The notes under the pieces were generated by a model. The model ran no database searches, had not been told where the DNA came from, and worked only from the letters and a program-made list of their open reading frames with translations. A stretch of 64,000 nucleotides of DNA from Candidatus Poribacteria bacterium (GTDB taxonomy: Bacteria > Poribacteria > WGA-4E > PCPOR2b): NCBI GenBank assembly GCA_965208325.1, contig OZ242326.1:4160001-4224000 (forward strand), given 5' to 3'. The position numbers and the translations under genes were made by a program. This document shows positions 1 through 10,777 of this stretch, one piece after another (the stretch's first letter is position 1; each line of letters starts with the position of its first letter).

Positions 1-20
1 AAACGTTGGGTTACGCTATT

Positions 21-1802
21 TCAATCCCTTACGACCCTGTAATCCGGATTGCACAAATCGCAATTACCGCATCTGTAATCCTCTGGAACCGATTCGCCGA
101 AATACCTCCGTGCGGCGCGCCCGCGGCAATGGTCTGCGAGCGCATAATGTACTACCTGATCCAGCTGCCGCCGCTTGCCTAGAATGAAATCCTCAAATCC
201 CATCTGATCCTCAGAAATCGAACCGAAGAGGTGGCTCTCACGCAGCAGCTCAATGAGCATCGAATCCTCTGTTCCCCAATACCGCAGATACCCATCGTTC
301 TGCAAGTCAATTAGTTGTTCCATCAAATCGTCCGGACGGATATCTAAGTCCCTGCAAAATTCCATCGTGTTCAATTCGGATTGTGTCCGCAGTTGCTCTA
401 GCAGCGCACGTTGGTCGTGATCTTCTATCCTGTAATTTGGGACGAACGGCGTCCGGATTGACAGTCTTGAAGGGATGTCATACATCCTTCGCAGGAACCC
501 GAGTTTCTGCAGGTAGCTGATGCCGACCCTGATTTTTCCGGCGCTAAAGCCGCTCAACCACTCCAGTTCTTCTGCAGGAATCATGCGGAATTGGTGCAGG
601 GCGGGAAATGTTTCAATTAACTTGAGAAGTTTAAGCAGATTGCGCTTGTTTGGCGCGTCTTCCTTGATAAACCATTCGCGCAACCTCCGATCGTCGGGAC
701 AATAAAAGAGCACACAGTTGGAGTCTCCCCCATCCCGGCCAGCACGCCCTGATTCCTGATAATATTCCTCCAGTGTCCCCGTCATCGCCCAATGGATGAT
801 GTATCGGATGTCAGATTTGTCAATCCCCATTCCGAATGCGTTGGTCGCCGCGATGAGGTCTATGCCGTCAGGTCCATCTTCAAAGAATCCATCCTGCACC
901 CGTTTTCGCTCTGACGCATCGCGCCCGGCATGGTAATAATCCACGCGCCGTCCGTGCGATCCCAAAACGGCCGCAATTTCCTCCGTGTCGCGTCGGCGCC
1001 CCGCATAAATAATTCCTTTGCCTTCAAGTTTTTCCAGGCAGGCATGCAGCATCGCGTATTTTTCGGTCTCGCTGGAGAGGGCACAGACGCTAAATTTCAG
1101 ATTGCGGCGCACAATACTTCGTAAAAAGGTTTCGCAGCGATCAACGTCCAACTCACGCAAGACGTCCGCACGCACTTCCGGGGTCGCGGTCGCTGTGAAA
1201 AGGGCAATCGAGCGCGGGTGCAGTACCCGGATGGCGTCGCGCAACGCCAGATACGCGGGTCGGAAGTCGTGCCCCCACTGGGATATGCAGTGCGCTTCAT
1301 CTATGACGAACAGCGAGATAGGGAACGCGTCGAGACGCGCCAAAAACCGACGACTTCGAAACCGTTCCGGTGCAGCATAGAGCAATTTTATCTCACCGCG
1401 TTTCAAACGGTCCAACTCAGCCTGATACTCCTCCAAATTTAGGCTGCTGTTGATTAGCCCGACCGAATGGATACCACGCCCACGCAATGCGTCCACCTGA
1501 TCTTTCATCAAGGAGATTAACGGCGAAACGATGATGGCGACGCCGGGCTGAATTAGCGCAGGCAACTGAAAACAGAGTGATTTGCCGTAACCGGTCGGAA
1601 ACGCAGCGAGGACATTGCCGCCGTTAAGGATTGCTTCAATTATTTCGCGCTGCCCGCCTCGGAACGCGGAAAGTCCGAAATAGTGTTTGAGCGCAGCAAG
1701 TAACTCGTCTGAAGTATTGACAGGCAGTGCCGGCGGCTCCGAGGAAGGCTGTAGGTCGATGAGTTGATCGATATTTTCAAGTAGATTCTGTAAATTCTTC
1801 AT
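21..1802 (-). CDS. RecQ-family ATP-dependent DNA helicase
   Basis: Motifs PTGYGKSLCFQLP, DEAHCISQWGHDFRP, ATNAFGMGIDK, YYQESGRAGRDG; C-terminal CGNCDLC zinc site. Confidence 0.93.
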   Translation of the reverse strand: MKNLQNLLENIDQLIDLQPSSEPPALPVNTSDELLAALKHYFGLSAFRGGQREIIEAILNGGNVLAAFPTGYGKSLCFQLPALIQPGVAIIVSPLISLMKDQVDALRGRGIHSVGLINSSLNLEEYQAELDRLKRGEIKLLYAAPERFRSRRFLARLDAFPISLFVIDEAHCISQWGHDFRPAYLALRDAIRVLHPRSIALFTATATPEVRADVLRELDVDRCETFLRSIVRRNLKFSVCALSSETEKYAMLHACLEKLEGKGIIYAGRRRDTEEIAAVLGSHGRRVDYYHAGRDASERKRVQDGFFEDGPDGIDLIAATNAFGMGIDKSDIRYIIHWAMTGTLEEYYQESGRAGRDGGDSNCVLFYCPDDRRLREWFIKEDAPNKRNLLKLLKLIETFPALHQFRMIPAEELEWLSGFSAGKIRVGISYLQKLGFLRRMYDIPSRLSIRTPFVPNYRIEDHDQRALLEQLRTQSELNTMEFCRDLDIRPDDLMEQLIDLQNDGYLRYWGTEDSMLIELLRESHLFGSISEDQMGFEDFILGKRRQLDQVVHYALADHCRGRAARRYFGESVPEDYRCGNCDLCNPDYRVVRD

Positions 1803-1882
1803 GTGACGATCCGGGTGAATTGCAATTTAATACCAGTCGATCCGCCCCAAGTGCCCAAATGACGCCGATGTTCAATCTCGGA

Positions 1883-2581
1883 TTAGTCCTTGAATCGAAA
1901 ACGGATAATATGATACATTGCTGCAATCCCATCCTTCCAACTCACTTTTTTCCCCTCGTGATAGTCGCGTCCACGATAGGTTACCGGCACCTCACAGATT
2001 CGGCATTTGCGTTTTGCGAGTTTTGCGGTAATCTCCGGTTCAAATCCGAATCGATCCGACCGCAGCGGAATATCCAACAAAATTGAGGATTTTATTGCCT
2101 TGTAGCAGGTTTCCATATCCGTCAGCTTAAATCCGGTGCACAGATTGGAGAACGCAGTCAAAAATCTATTCGCGGCATAACTCGATAACAGCGCATGTCC
2201 GCGTCCCGTTTGGAAACGCGAACCGTAGACCGCGTCCGCAACACCGTCCAAAATCGGCTGGATTAGTTCCGGGTAGTCTTGTGGATTATACTCCAAATCG
2301 GCGTCCTGAATGAGAGTTATGTCACCCTCAACGTGCTGGAATCCGGTGCGCAAGGCTGCGCCCTTGCCATAATTTACATCGTGGTAAAAGGCGCGGATGG
2401 GTGAGTCGCTAGACGATTCAATCTCCCGGAGAAGTTCACGCGCCCCATCGGTTGAGCAATCGTCCACCAAAACAATCTCTTTTTCAATCCCGATGTCGAC
2501 CGCTTGTACCTGCCGGAGCACTTCCTCCAATGTGCCGACCTCATTATAAACGGGAATTACAATGGAGAGCTTATGCTGCAT
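1883..2581 (-). CDS. Glycosyltransferase family 2 (DPM synthase-like)
   Basis: SIVIPVYNE, VDDCSTDG, GKGAALRTG, QDADLEY, FGFEPEITAK. Confidence 0.92.
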   Translation of the reverse strand: MQHKLSIVIPVYNEVGTLEEVLRQVQAVDIGIEKEIVLVDDCSTDGARELLREIESSSDSPIRAFYHDVNYGKGAALRTGFQHVEGDITLIQDADLEYNPQDYPELIQPILDGVADAVYGSRFQTGRGHALLSSYAANRFLTAFSNLCTGFKLTDMETCYKAIKSSILLDIPLRSDRFGFEPEITAKLAKRKCRICEVPVTYRGRDYHEGKKVSWKDGIAAMYHIIRFRFKD

Positions 2582-2807
2582 GGCCGACCACCTGACGGAC
2601 GAAAGCAGATGTTACTTTGTAATTTAACACATAAACACCTAACACGCCGTTGGTTGGGTTGAACGGATTTGGCAGACTCATACTTTTAGAAGAAAAAACG
2701 CGGCGGGCAAAAACGAGGTTGATAACACAATCCGCGAAGCGAAATTCAGCGCGGTACGTTAGACAGTACCGACTCCGTTCAACGAGATGACTCTCAATAG
2801 CCAAAAG

Positions 2808-2905
2808 GCGTTGGGTTACAGAGAAAACTGCCGCCTAAAATCTCTTTCGCCCAAAATATTCCTCCGGTTGGTGTTGTTCGATCGCGCGGCCTCAACCCAA
2901 CCTAA
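2808..2905. repeat. Degenerate copy of the long-loop REP (GCGTTGGGTT ... CTCAACCCAACCT)
   Basis: Arms resemble copies at 41724, 46709 and 60236; a degenerate TTTTAGAAGAAAAAACGCGG module lies just upstream (~2683). Confidence 0.55.
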
Positions 2906-3024
2906 GACTGCTACGATTGCCTCCTAACAGAGAAGATAGCATAACATATCTATACTGTCGAATCAAGCGTTTTCACGTCTCGCCATTTGTGTCCCGGGGC
3001 TGCTTCGTTCAGAGTGTGGAAGGG

Positions 3025-4971
3025 TTATGGAATCATACTTGGGCGTCCGTGCCATGCCATGTTATACGTAACAATATTCAAGGATGCGCTGATAATGCTC
3101 CAAATGCAACCCATCGTGTAATCGCCGAGTACCAATCCCGCGAAAAACGGGATGGCGCGGCGATACCCCTTCAAGCCGCCGTAACGTAGAATGGTGAATT
3201 TAAGAAACCAACTAACCAGCATCGGACACCAGATGTAACTCATTTCCGACGGGCTTACCCCCATGACATATCCCACCGGATGAAATGGCCACCACAGAAA
3301 CCGCATCTTCATGACTAGCAGAACGGTTGTTATGCCAAAACCGAGGCTTATCATGCTCATGGTTAGGTAGTCCGGTTCGAGGGGAACGCTTAACCACGGC
3401 TGAAGCCGTCTCGTAAAATAGTCTGTACCCATCCCAACAATGTGTGATGCGGAATTTCCCGCCCCGTGGTGGTATGTGAGACCGAGGTATATAACGAAAG
3501 TCGCGGGTATACCGATGATGAGAGTAATAAGCATTGCCCATAACACTCTTCGATAATTCGTGCCCGTCTGCTCCGCGATGCGGAATGCTTCGAGTTGATT
3601 CGGCATCGGATGCGCGACCAGCTCTCGGTTCAGCCAGAAAAGGAAGGTCAGCACCGTCAAGTTCCGCGCCCCGAATGTGCGTGTCCCAAACGCGGTCACC
3701 ATCGTGCGCTGCGGATCTACCCAGATGATGTGATGAATCGACACCCCCAAACTCGCCCTGAGTTTTGCTACTCCGATGGCAATGGAACAGTACAAAACCA
3801 AAAACATGAGCATTACCCATGCCGACAGCCCCGCTCTGTACGCAAATGCAATTAGAAACAGGAACCCTGCAATTATGCCCAATACAGCGGTGCGATACCG
3901 CATCGGCTCGTTCGAGTCATCGAACCGGTTATTGCCGCTGAACGTCTGGAAGAAGGCGCGTTTGAGGTGTCTGCGCCCGACCCATAACGCCAGAATGCCC
4001 AATCCAATCCAACCACCCTGTGCTTGTTCATCGAAGTACGGGTTTCGTATTCCCATCGCCGCGCCCAACAACACTCGAATCAGAAGCTGTAGGATGAAGA
4101 AAAACCACGCGGAAAACGCGAGATCCAACGGCATGAAATACGAAAGCCCAATCACGAATGGCTGGAAAGAGACCAGCACTCCACCGGCGTAACTCCACGG
4201 TTTTTCCGCGAAACTAACCCGTTGCCACCAAACGGGCACAGCGGGAACGAATGGGAATAAGGTGTGCAAGCCGTTTAGCAGACTGATTCCCGCCGCGATT
4301 CCAAAGCCTAGCCACATTAACTTGTTCCTCAGAAACCCCGAGATATCTCTCCCCATCTCTAGGGGCATCCAAGTAATCGGATAGGTGAGCCGTTCATGCT
4401 CGGTGAATTGCTTTCGCAGAATCACGTTGATGCAGATAAGTACAAAGTAGAGGACAAACATGAAAGCTGACCAATAGAGCAACGGGGCCAGCCACGGTTC
4501 GACGTATTTTCGGTCAAAGAAGGATGTCCCCCCGTGAAAAAAGCTACTGAGGGCATGTGTGTCACGGGTGGTGAACCAGTCGGGAATATACTGCCAGAAC
4601 AGATTGCGCCAATCATTTTCCGGCGTGGCAAACCAGTATGGGTGCGCGAGAATTCCGATTACATGGCTCATGCTCGGATGGCCAGATACCGTTGTCACGG
4701 TGACAACCATAACGTAGATAACGAACAGGTCGGATCTGCTGAGCATAAACCGCGGCAGCAGTCTTTTGAGAAGCAGATTCAGTAGAATGAGCGCAAACAG
4801 GGTGAAGACTGCGTTGCTGAACAACGACATATAGTTGTGCAAAGGACCGACGATAATGTCATTGATTGCGACCCAATATGCATTGAGCGCCATCAATATT
4901 AGGCCGATGACAACGACTCTGATGCGAATACCGCCTCGAATCCGGTTCTGGACTTCGGTCTTTTCATTCAC
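3025..4971 (-). CDS. Polytopic membrane protein, DUF6785/DUF6784-like (putative peptide transporter)
   Basis: Many TM segments, ERLTYPI, LWWPFHPVGY, FFAGLVLGD; GTG at 4971 preferred because the longer ORF overlaps the upstream M23 remnant. Confidence 0.75.
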   Translation of the reverse strand: MNEKTEVQNRIRGGIRIRVVVIGLILMALNAYWVAINDIIVGPLHNYMSLFSNAVFTLFALILLNLLLKRLLPRFMLSRSDLFVIYVMVVTVTTVSGHPSMSHVIGILAHPYWFATPENDWRNLFWQYIPDWFTTRDTHALSSFFHGGTSFFDRKYVEPWLAPLLYWSAFMFVLYFVLICINVILRKQFTEHERLTYPITWMPLEMGRDISGFLRNKLMWLGFGIAAGISLLNGLHTLFPFVPAVPVWWQRVSFAEKPWSYAGGVLVSFQPFVIGLSYFMPLDLAFSAWFFFILQLLIRVLLGAAMGIRNPYFDEQAQGGWIGLGILALWVGRRHLKRAFFQTFSGNNRFDDSNEPMRYRTAVLGIIAGFLFLIAFAYRAGLSAWVMLMFLVLYCSIAIGVAKLRASLGVSIHHIIWVDPQRTMVTAFGTRTFGARNLTVLTFLFWLNRELVAHPMPNQLEAFRIAEQTGTNYRRVLWAMLITLIIGIPATFVIYLGLTYHHGAGNSASHIVGMGTDYFTRRLQPWLSVPLEPDYLTMSMISLGFGITTVLLVMKMRFLWWPFHPVGYVMGVSPSEMSYIWCPMLVSWFLKFTILRYGGLKGYRRAIPFFAGLVLGDYTMGCIWSIISASLNIVTYNMAWHGRPSMIP

Positions 4972-4979
4972 AAATCTTC

Positions 4980-5861
4980 TCACAGTGATAGTCTTGGATT
5001 TCCGCCTCCCTTTGTAGCGGAGAGAATCCATGCCATCCACTTCTCTGGATCCACTGTAACCCCGTGTACAACCATACCCCAGTGAAGATGCGAGCCGGCC
5101 CCCAGACCCGTTACAACCATCAAACCGATTCGCCACCCGTTTTCTACCGCGTCGCCAACGTTTACGCCGATTTCGTTGAGATGCTTATAGCTTGCCAAGA
5201 CACTATGCCCAACCGAATCTTTGTCCTGCAACAAGAGCGGACAGGTCTTGGCTTGCCGCGTATCGCTCACTCCAATTAAACCTCGGTGCACGTTTTTCCA
5301 TCTAATCGGATAGAATGGAACAATTTGAATCGAAAATCTTGCCGTTTGTTTCGGCCAGGTGCTCATTAAATCGGGCGAAAATCCCGAGCGTTTTAACTTG
5401 TTGAGCGCTCAATTATTCGGTAGAGAGCTGAAACTCCGACGGGGTTTTATCAACGAAGGACACGAACGCTTTGCAGGGAGATTGTATCTACAACAATCTA
5501 TCCGTGCCGCAGGCGCAATTGTGATTGCGCCATGGCGGCGGGCTGATGTATCCGGTGTCCTGATAGTGTGAATTTTTCTGTTCTCACCGAGCTTCAAACG
5601 TTCTGGGACGCCATGATTAATCTGGATTGTGACCGTGCCGAGTGCTGAACCATCACCGCTTGCGGCGACAAATTTAGCGTATTCTCCCACGATAGGTATT
5701 CTGCGAGTCGATTCTGTTCAGATTGAGCGGAAGCGGTGCCGCACCGAACACAATATACCGAAAACGGTAGCTCAACAACCACAGCCGCGAGATTATCAAG
5801 AGGCGGATAACCCCAAGACGAAGGAAAAGGCGAATTCTAGTGGCACCGTGATGAGGCGCAT
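4980..5861 (-). pseudogene. Decayed M23 family metallopeptidase
   Basis: 4980..5366 encodes GHSVLASYKHL...VGDAV...IG...TG...SHLHWG...VDP (M23 core); upstream part broken by stops/frame changes, including a signal-like MRLITVPLEFAFSFVLGLSAS followed by a stop. Confidence 0.6.
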
Positions 5862-6340
5862 TGAGGGATGTCCATGTCGTGTAATGCTAATCAAAATGAC
5901 TAAAAAAGTTACCGGTCAATCACGGGAATTATATCATATCGGTGCGTCAATACGAAATGTTTGATCTGATTTTGCCACACCAAGTTGCGCGTGACTTTCA
6001 GGGTTGAGACCGCGGCGGTTCTCTCTTAACAAATGGTCATAATGGATTCTCCATTTTCGCAGAAAGAATCGGCGTCCCTCGCTGATTTTACGGTCGAATG
6101 TGGCAGAATCTGCGGATTTATGGTATTATATTATGAAAAGGTGTATGCGTCGAACAATTGCGTTAAACCGGTCGCATGTGTTGGTTGGATTCAAGGTGTG
6201 CAGCATGTACCGGTTCCGCAGAGGGTTGTCGGGAGACGACCATTCGACGCATTGGAGGCGCAAGAATGGTTCTACTGCCATACGCTAGAACAACTTAGGC
6301 TGCGATATGTGAAACGGTTCATTTATAGGAGGAGATTTTA

Positions 6341-6634
6341 ATGAATATCTACGTCGGGAATTTGTCCTTTAGTGCCACCGATGATGACGTGCTTGAAGCT
6401 TTTCAAGAATTTGGAAAAGTGGAAACGGTGAATGTAATTCGAGATTCATATGACGGTCGATCTAGAGGATTCGGGTTTGTCGAAATGCCAGAAGATGCAG
6501 AAGCGAAATCAGCCATAGAAGCGTTAGATGGCAGCGAGTTTATGGGACGAAATTTGAAAGTGAACGAGGCGCGCCCAAAGTCTAGACGAAATCAATCAAG
6601 AGATTACCGAGGGGGCGGATCTGACAGATGGTAG
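6341..6634 (+). CDS. RRM (RNP-1) RNA-binding protein
   Basis: IYVGNL (RNP2), RGFGFVEM (RNP1), LKVNEARPK; AGGAGG RBS. Confidence 0.95.
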   Translation: MNIYVGNLSFSATDDDVLEAFQEFGKVETVNVIRDSYDGRSRGFGFVEMPEDAEAKSAIEALDGSEFMGRNLKVNEARPKSRRNQSRDYRGGGSDRW

Positions 6635-6666
6635 CGCGTTCGGCTTATACCATGGGATATCATCGC

Positions 6667-6702
6667 AAGCACCGGTTCCGTGTGATGAATCGGTGCTTTT
6701 TT
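6667..6702 (+). terminator. Intrinsic terminator
   Basis: AAGCACCGGTTC...GAATCGGTGCTT stem followed by T-run. Confidence 0.8.
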
Positions 6703-6814
6703 ATGATTCAGGTAGGTTAGTTATTGAATAAAAGCGCCGAGAGGAAAATTTTCTCGTCCGCCACAAACTCCTATGTGATTTACTTCATCGCTAAGAATTG
6801 AGGTAATCAAAGCC

Positions 6815-8092
6815 GTGAGGAATGGATCTCAAATGCTAAATCACTTGGTCGATACGGAATTTGCAGGTGACTTTGAAGTGCCGGAAAAAGAAGGTTTGAA
6901 AATGCCGCCCAGTAAAAATCTAACCGATGACAGAGGAGAGCAGTTGCCGGTTTCGGACCTTGATGAACTCATCCCCGCCTCAAATGCGAGTAGCGATGCG
7001 GTATTCAATTTTGAGGATGGTATGGTTCCTTACCTTCAGCAGATTTCGAAAACACCGCTGCTAACACCTATCGAAGAGACCCAACTCTTCGAACAGTTTT
7101 CAGCCAAGATACAGCGGATTGACGAATTATTCAAGCAACTCCCGCCTTCGATGCTGGAGTCTGTGCAGTCTAACCTGCGCCGCAGTAGAAAGGCAAAGCG
7201 GAAGTCCGTACGCCGTTGGTGGTCGCCGATGGAGGTTGGCGGAATAATAGATTTAATTTCTGCCGAGATTGGGGCGTATCAAAACGGGCAAACCGAGGAT
7301 AATCCATACCAGAAAAATGCCATGGAAACACTCCGGGAAAAGATAAGTATTGCAGTCGACGAGATGACGGCCGTACGAGAGAAGATTATACGCGCAAACT
7401 TGTTACTCGTTGCCAGCGTCGTGATGCAGTATCGCGCTTATTCAGCATCAATGACGTTGCAAGATTTGATGCAAGAGGGGAATATCGGTTTGATGAAAGC
7501 CGTCGAAAAGTTCGATCTTCGAAAAGGGTGCAAGTTTAGCACTTACGCCTATTGGTGGATTATGCAAGCAGTTCAACGAGCTCTAGCACAGCATAGCCGC
7601 ACTGTTCGGTTGCCCTGCTACATTGGGACGTTGCGACAATCGATATTCGACACTCAGACCCGACTAACCAAAGAACTTAACCGCGAACCTACTTACAGAG
7701 AGGTTGCGAAGGCAATGGGTATGGATGAGAATCGTGTCGTCGAAATACTTCAAAGCGGACAAGGCACCATTTCACTCGATTCGCCGCTGTTCGACTCAAA
7801 CGACACGACCGTTTCTGACACACTGGAGGACGAATCAAGCCTTGCTCCCGATAAGGAAGTGCTTACGCGGTCAAGGAAGGAGTCGTTAGACAAGGCGCTT
7901 AACACGCTAACGTGGCGTGAAAAGGTTGTAATGCAGCTGCGATTCGGCTTGACTGACGGCACAGAATATACTTTGGCAGAAATTGGACGAGAGTTGGGAA
8001 TTAGCCGTGAGCGCGTTCGCCAGATTCAGGAGGAGGTCCTACGAAAATTCCGCCATCCAATCTATTCAAAATCCCTCAAAGAACTGCTTTAA
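6815..8092 (+). CDS. RpoD/RpoS-family sigma70 factor
   Basis: Region 1.2 YLQQISKTPLLT; region 2 [18 protein letters not shown]...KFSTYAYWWI; region 4 TLAEIG...SRERVRQI; start uncertain. Confidence 0.92.
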   Translation: MRNGSQMLNHLVDTEFAGDFEVPEKEGLKMPPSKNLTDDRGEQLPVSDLDELIPASNASSDAVFNFEDGMVPYLQQISKTPLLTPIEETQLFEQFSAKIQRIDELFKQLPPSMLESVQSNLRRSRKAKRKSVRRWWSPMEVGGIIDLISAEIGAYQNGQTEDNPYQKNAMETLREKISIAVDEMTAVREKIIRANLLLVASVVMQYRAYSASMTLQDLMQEGNIGLMKAVEKFDLRKGCKFSTYAYWWIMQAVQRALAQHSRTVRLPCYIGTLRQSIFDTQTRLTKELNREPTYREVAKAMGMDENRVVEILQSGQGTISLDSPLFDSNDTTVSDTLEDESSLAPDKEVLTRSRKESLDKALNTLTWREKVVMQLRFGLTDGTEYTLAEIGRELGISRERVRQIQEEVLRKFRHPIYSKSLKELL

Positions 8093-8236
8093 GTGATGCG
8101 GTATCCACAGAAATTCAATGAGAGAAATTGGGCTTCCTCACGACTCAAAACTTCGTCCAAAGTAGCCATGCAGGAGAAAATGCGCGCCGCTCACCCATTT
8201 GGAACCGCTTTTTAAACCTTTCGGAAGGATTTCAAC

Positions 8237-8626
8237 ATGAGCAACGGCTCCGCATATGATGGATTGCAGAATCATATCCGGCAGATGGAAACGCCGGCAA
8301 TCGAAACTTGGAAGAACGAGTACGGCGACAGAGATTACACTATCGAAATTACCAACCTAGAATTTACGACAATCTGCCCCAAGACCGGCCATCCCGATTT
8401 TGCGTCCATCCGAATTACCTATGTTCCGGACAAGTACTGTGTTGAGCTCAAGTCCTTAAAAGAGTATTTCCTGTCTTTTCGAGAGGTAGGAATCTTTCAC
8501 GAGCATCTTGTCAACAAGGTCATGGACGATTTTGTGGCTGCGTGCAAACCACGCCGTGTTCAGGTAGAAGGGGATTTTAACATTCGCGGCGGACTGAAGA
8601 CGGTAGTGCGCACGAGTCACGACTAA
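8237..8626 (+). CDS. queF: NADPH-dependent preQ0 reductase (preQ1 synthase)
   Basis: EFTTICPKTGHPDFA, ELKSLKEY, FHEH, FNIRGG. Confidence 0.93.
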   Translation: MSNGSAYDGLQNHIRQMETPAIETWKNEYGDRDYTIEITNLEFTTICPKTGHPDFASIRITYVPDKYCVELKSLKEYFLSFREVGIFHEHLVNKVMDDFVAACKPRRVQVEGDFNIRGGLKTVVRTSHD

Positions 8627-8806
8627 GCAGTTTGAATGCGTTTCCCAACCTACTACCCACGGATTCCATCTCGGTGCAGCGTGAATCAAACCGGTCAATG
8701 CCAGGGGACTAGCGCTGGATTCGCTTGCAGCCTCATGCGCACGTGTGCTAAACTTTCCCATCTAGTAACGATGTACCGCTTTACCAAACTTGCCCTGCGG
8801 CGATTC

Positions 8807-10738
8807 ATGTTGTTCCGTATCGCAATACCGCTCGCCATCACGTTTTTCGTATTAAGTCCAACGGGGTTGTTCGCTGTAATTGACCTGTCGATTGTGCATC
8901 CTAAGACAGACTTTACCACAAACAACCAGGCGTTGTCGATTGAAGGAATTGTTGAATCCTCAATTCCGACAAAAGTTGTTGTCACGGCCAACACACCGGC
9001 CGGAGTTCCGGATTTGGAGCAGTTGGCACATTCTCTCCACGCAATTGTTCTCGACCTTGGAAGTTCACGTCAGCTTAAGGCAGCTTTAATACGTCCCGAT
9101 GCTGACCTAGATTTCTCGTTCGGACCAAGAATGGTACAGATGGCATTTGCGCAAGACGACACAAATTTTCCCGAAGGTCATCGCTTGAACGTACCCTCCA
9201 GCATAGGTACGTCTTTCAACAAGGCCGTGGTTGACTTTCCGGGTATCGTTTCTGCGCAGTTCGTCCAGATTGTGATGCTCGAAGGCTGGCAGCGGGAGAG
9301 AATTGCCATCGAATCCGTTGAATTTCTAGATCCAAACAATCAGATTATACAGGCCGGTATCCAGTCCATTTCTATCTTGCTAGATCTATCAGTGGACAAT
9401 CGGGCGCCATTTTCCGTTCAGGTTTTGCTCAAGGCGGGAGAGAACCGACTTACGTTGTTCGCCCGCACACTCGTATTGCCAGGCGCCAATCAGATTGAAA
9501 CCGCCGATTGGGTGACAATTACGCCGTTTTATCTTTCTGAATTGCGGCCAGATGCCGCCGATGCGGGATATTACACGTTGAGCGATGGCCATCGGGCGCA
9601 GATTGTATTGGCAGTTGATGCTTTTGATGAGAAAATCAAAAAATTACAGTTCTATTCCGTTCCACGCGAGCAGTTTGATTCTTTGTCCTATTCGGAAAAC
9701 GAACAAATTGTTGAAGGGACGGCTCCTGCCGTGGTGTACCGATTTGAAGCGCTGAAGCAGGGCGTGTTCGCTGCAGAGGCATCGAATTCCTTACGCGATC
9801 AACCACCGACGCTCGCGTTTGACGGCATATTGGATTTCCCTTCGACATGGGTCGCAGGGTTAGTGCCGTTGCCTATCTCGCTTACTGCCGATTTGGGTGA
9901 GGTGCGTGCAATCAGCCGAATTGTCGTGCACGCGAACGTTACCGAGAACGGTTCTTTTGGACCACAAAACGCAATAATATTCACCTCCAATGATAATGTA
10001 AACTTCACAGAGTTATTTGAGTATTCGGGGTTTGATGATCGTACGACAGCAATTGAGTTGCCATCTCACCCGTCGGCTCGGTATGTCCGACTCAAAATCA
10101 CGGAGAGCAAACAGGCAAATAATGTTCAAATTAACGAGGTCGAATTATTTGACGTGTCTGACTCGAAACTTGTTCCGCTTGTAGCGGTAGATCGGATTTT
10201 GCTCCAACGTCCGGCGCATCTAGAATTGAGTTATACCGCGTCCGATTTGCTTGCGGCGAATATCCGCCGAGAATCGGACCTTAGAATTTTTGCATGGGAC
10301 GACCTTGGCAAGGAATGGCAATTCGTTGGAGGGGAAATTGACCTGGATCGTCAGACGGTCAGTTTAGAACTCAACTATATTTCCGAATTTGCGTTGTTCC
10401 AAGCTGTCATTTCGAAAATACAGACGGCGTGGAGTTTGAACCCGTTTTCGCCTGACGGAAACGGAATCGCAGATGTAACACGGCTAACAATCATTAACGC
10501 GGACACCTCGCCGTTCCACCAGAGCGAACTTATCGTTGAAATCTTTGATCTCAACAACAGACTCGTGCGCACGTTGGTAAATCGAACTGTCATGCATTCA
10601 AACGCAATGAGTGTCGAATGGGACGGTCGGGATGGAACCGGGCGAATTGTAAATATTGGGCCGTATATCTATCAGATTCAGATTCAATCTGATACGCAGA
10701 AAGACGTCCGAAACGGCGTTATTGTTGTGGGAAAATGA
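8807..10738 (+). CDS. Secreted protein with discoidin (F5/8 type C)-like domains and C-terminal FlgD-Ig/CHU_C-like domain
   Basis: Signal peptide; LAFDG...W...DLGEVRAISRI...ARYVRL...INEVELF; C-terminus NPFSPDGNG...IFDLNNRLVR...WDGRDG...GPYIYQI. Confidence 0.75.
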   Translation: MLFRIAIPLAITFFVLSPTGLFAVIDLSIVHPKTDFTTNNQALSIEGIVESSIPTKVVVTANTPAGVPDLEQLAHSLHAIVLDLGSSRQLKAALIRPDADLDFSFGPRMVQMAFAQDDTNFPEGHRLNVPSSIGTSFNKAVVDFPGIVSAQFVQIVMLEGWQRERIAIESVEFLDPNNQIIQAGIQSISILLDLSVDNRAPFSVQVLLKAGENRLTLFARTLVLPGANQIETADWVTITPFYLSELRPDAADAGYYTLSDGHRAQIVLAVDAFDEKIKKLQFYSVPREQFDSLSYSENEQIVEGTAPAVVYRFEALKQGVFAAEASNSLRDQPPTLAFDGILDFPSTWVAGLVPLPISLTADLGEVRAISRIVVHANVTENGSFGPQNAIIFTSNDNVNFTELFEYSGFDDRTTAIELPSHPSARYVRLKITESKQANNVQINEVELFDVSDSKLVPLVAVDRILLQRPAHLELSYTASDLLAANIRRESDLRIFAWDDLGKEWQFVGGEIDLDRQTVSLELNYISEFALFQAVISKIQTAWSLNPFSPDGNGIADVTRLTIINADTSPFHQSELIVEIFDLNNRLVRTLVNRTVMHSNAMSVEWDGRDGTGRIVNIGPYIYQIQIQSDTQKDVRNGVIVVGK

Positions 10739-10777
10739 AGACTAACCGCCGCAGAGATATGCCGGTCGATTATTATT

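Noticed and set aside
8093..8236. preQ1 riboswitch upstream of queF
   Set aside because: No recognisable preQ1 stem-loop with A-rich tail seen by eye; a covariance search would be needed
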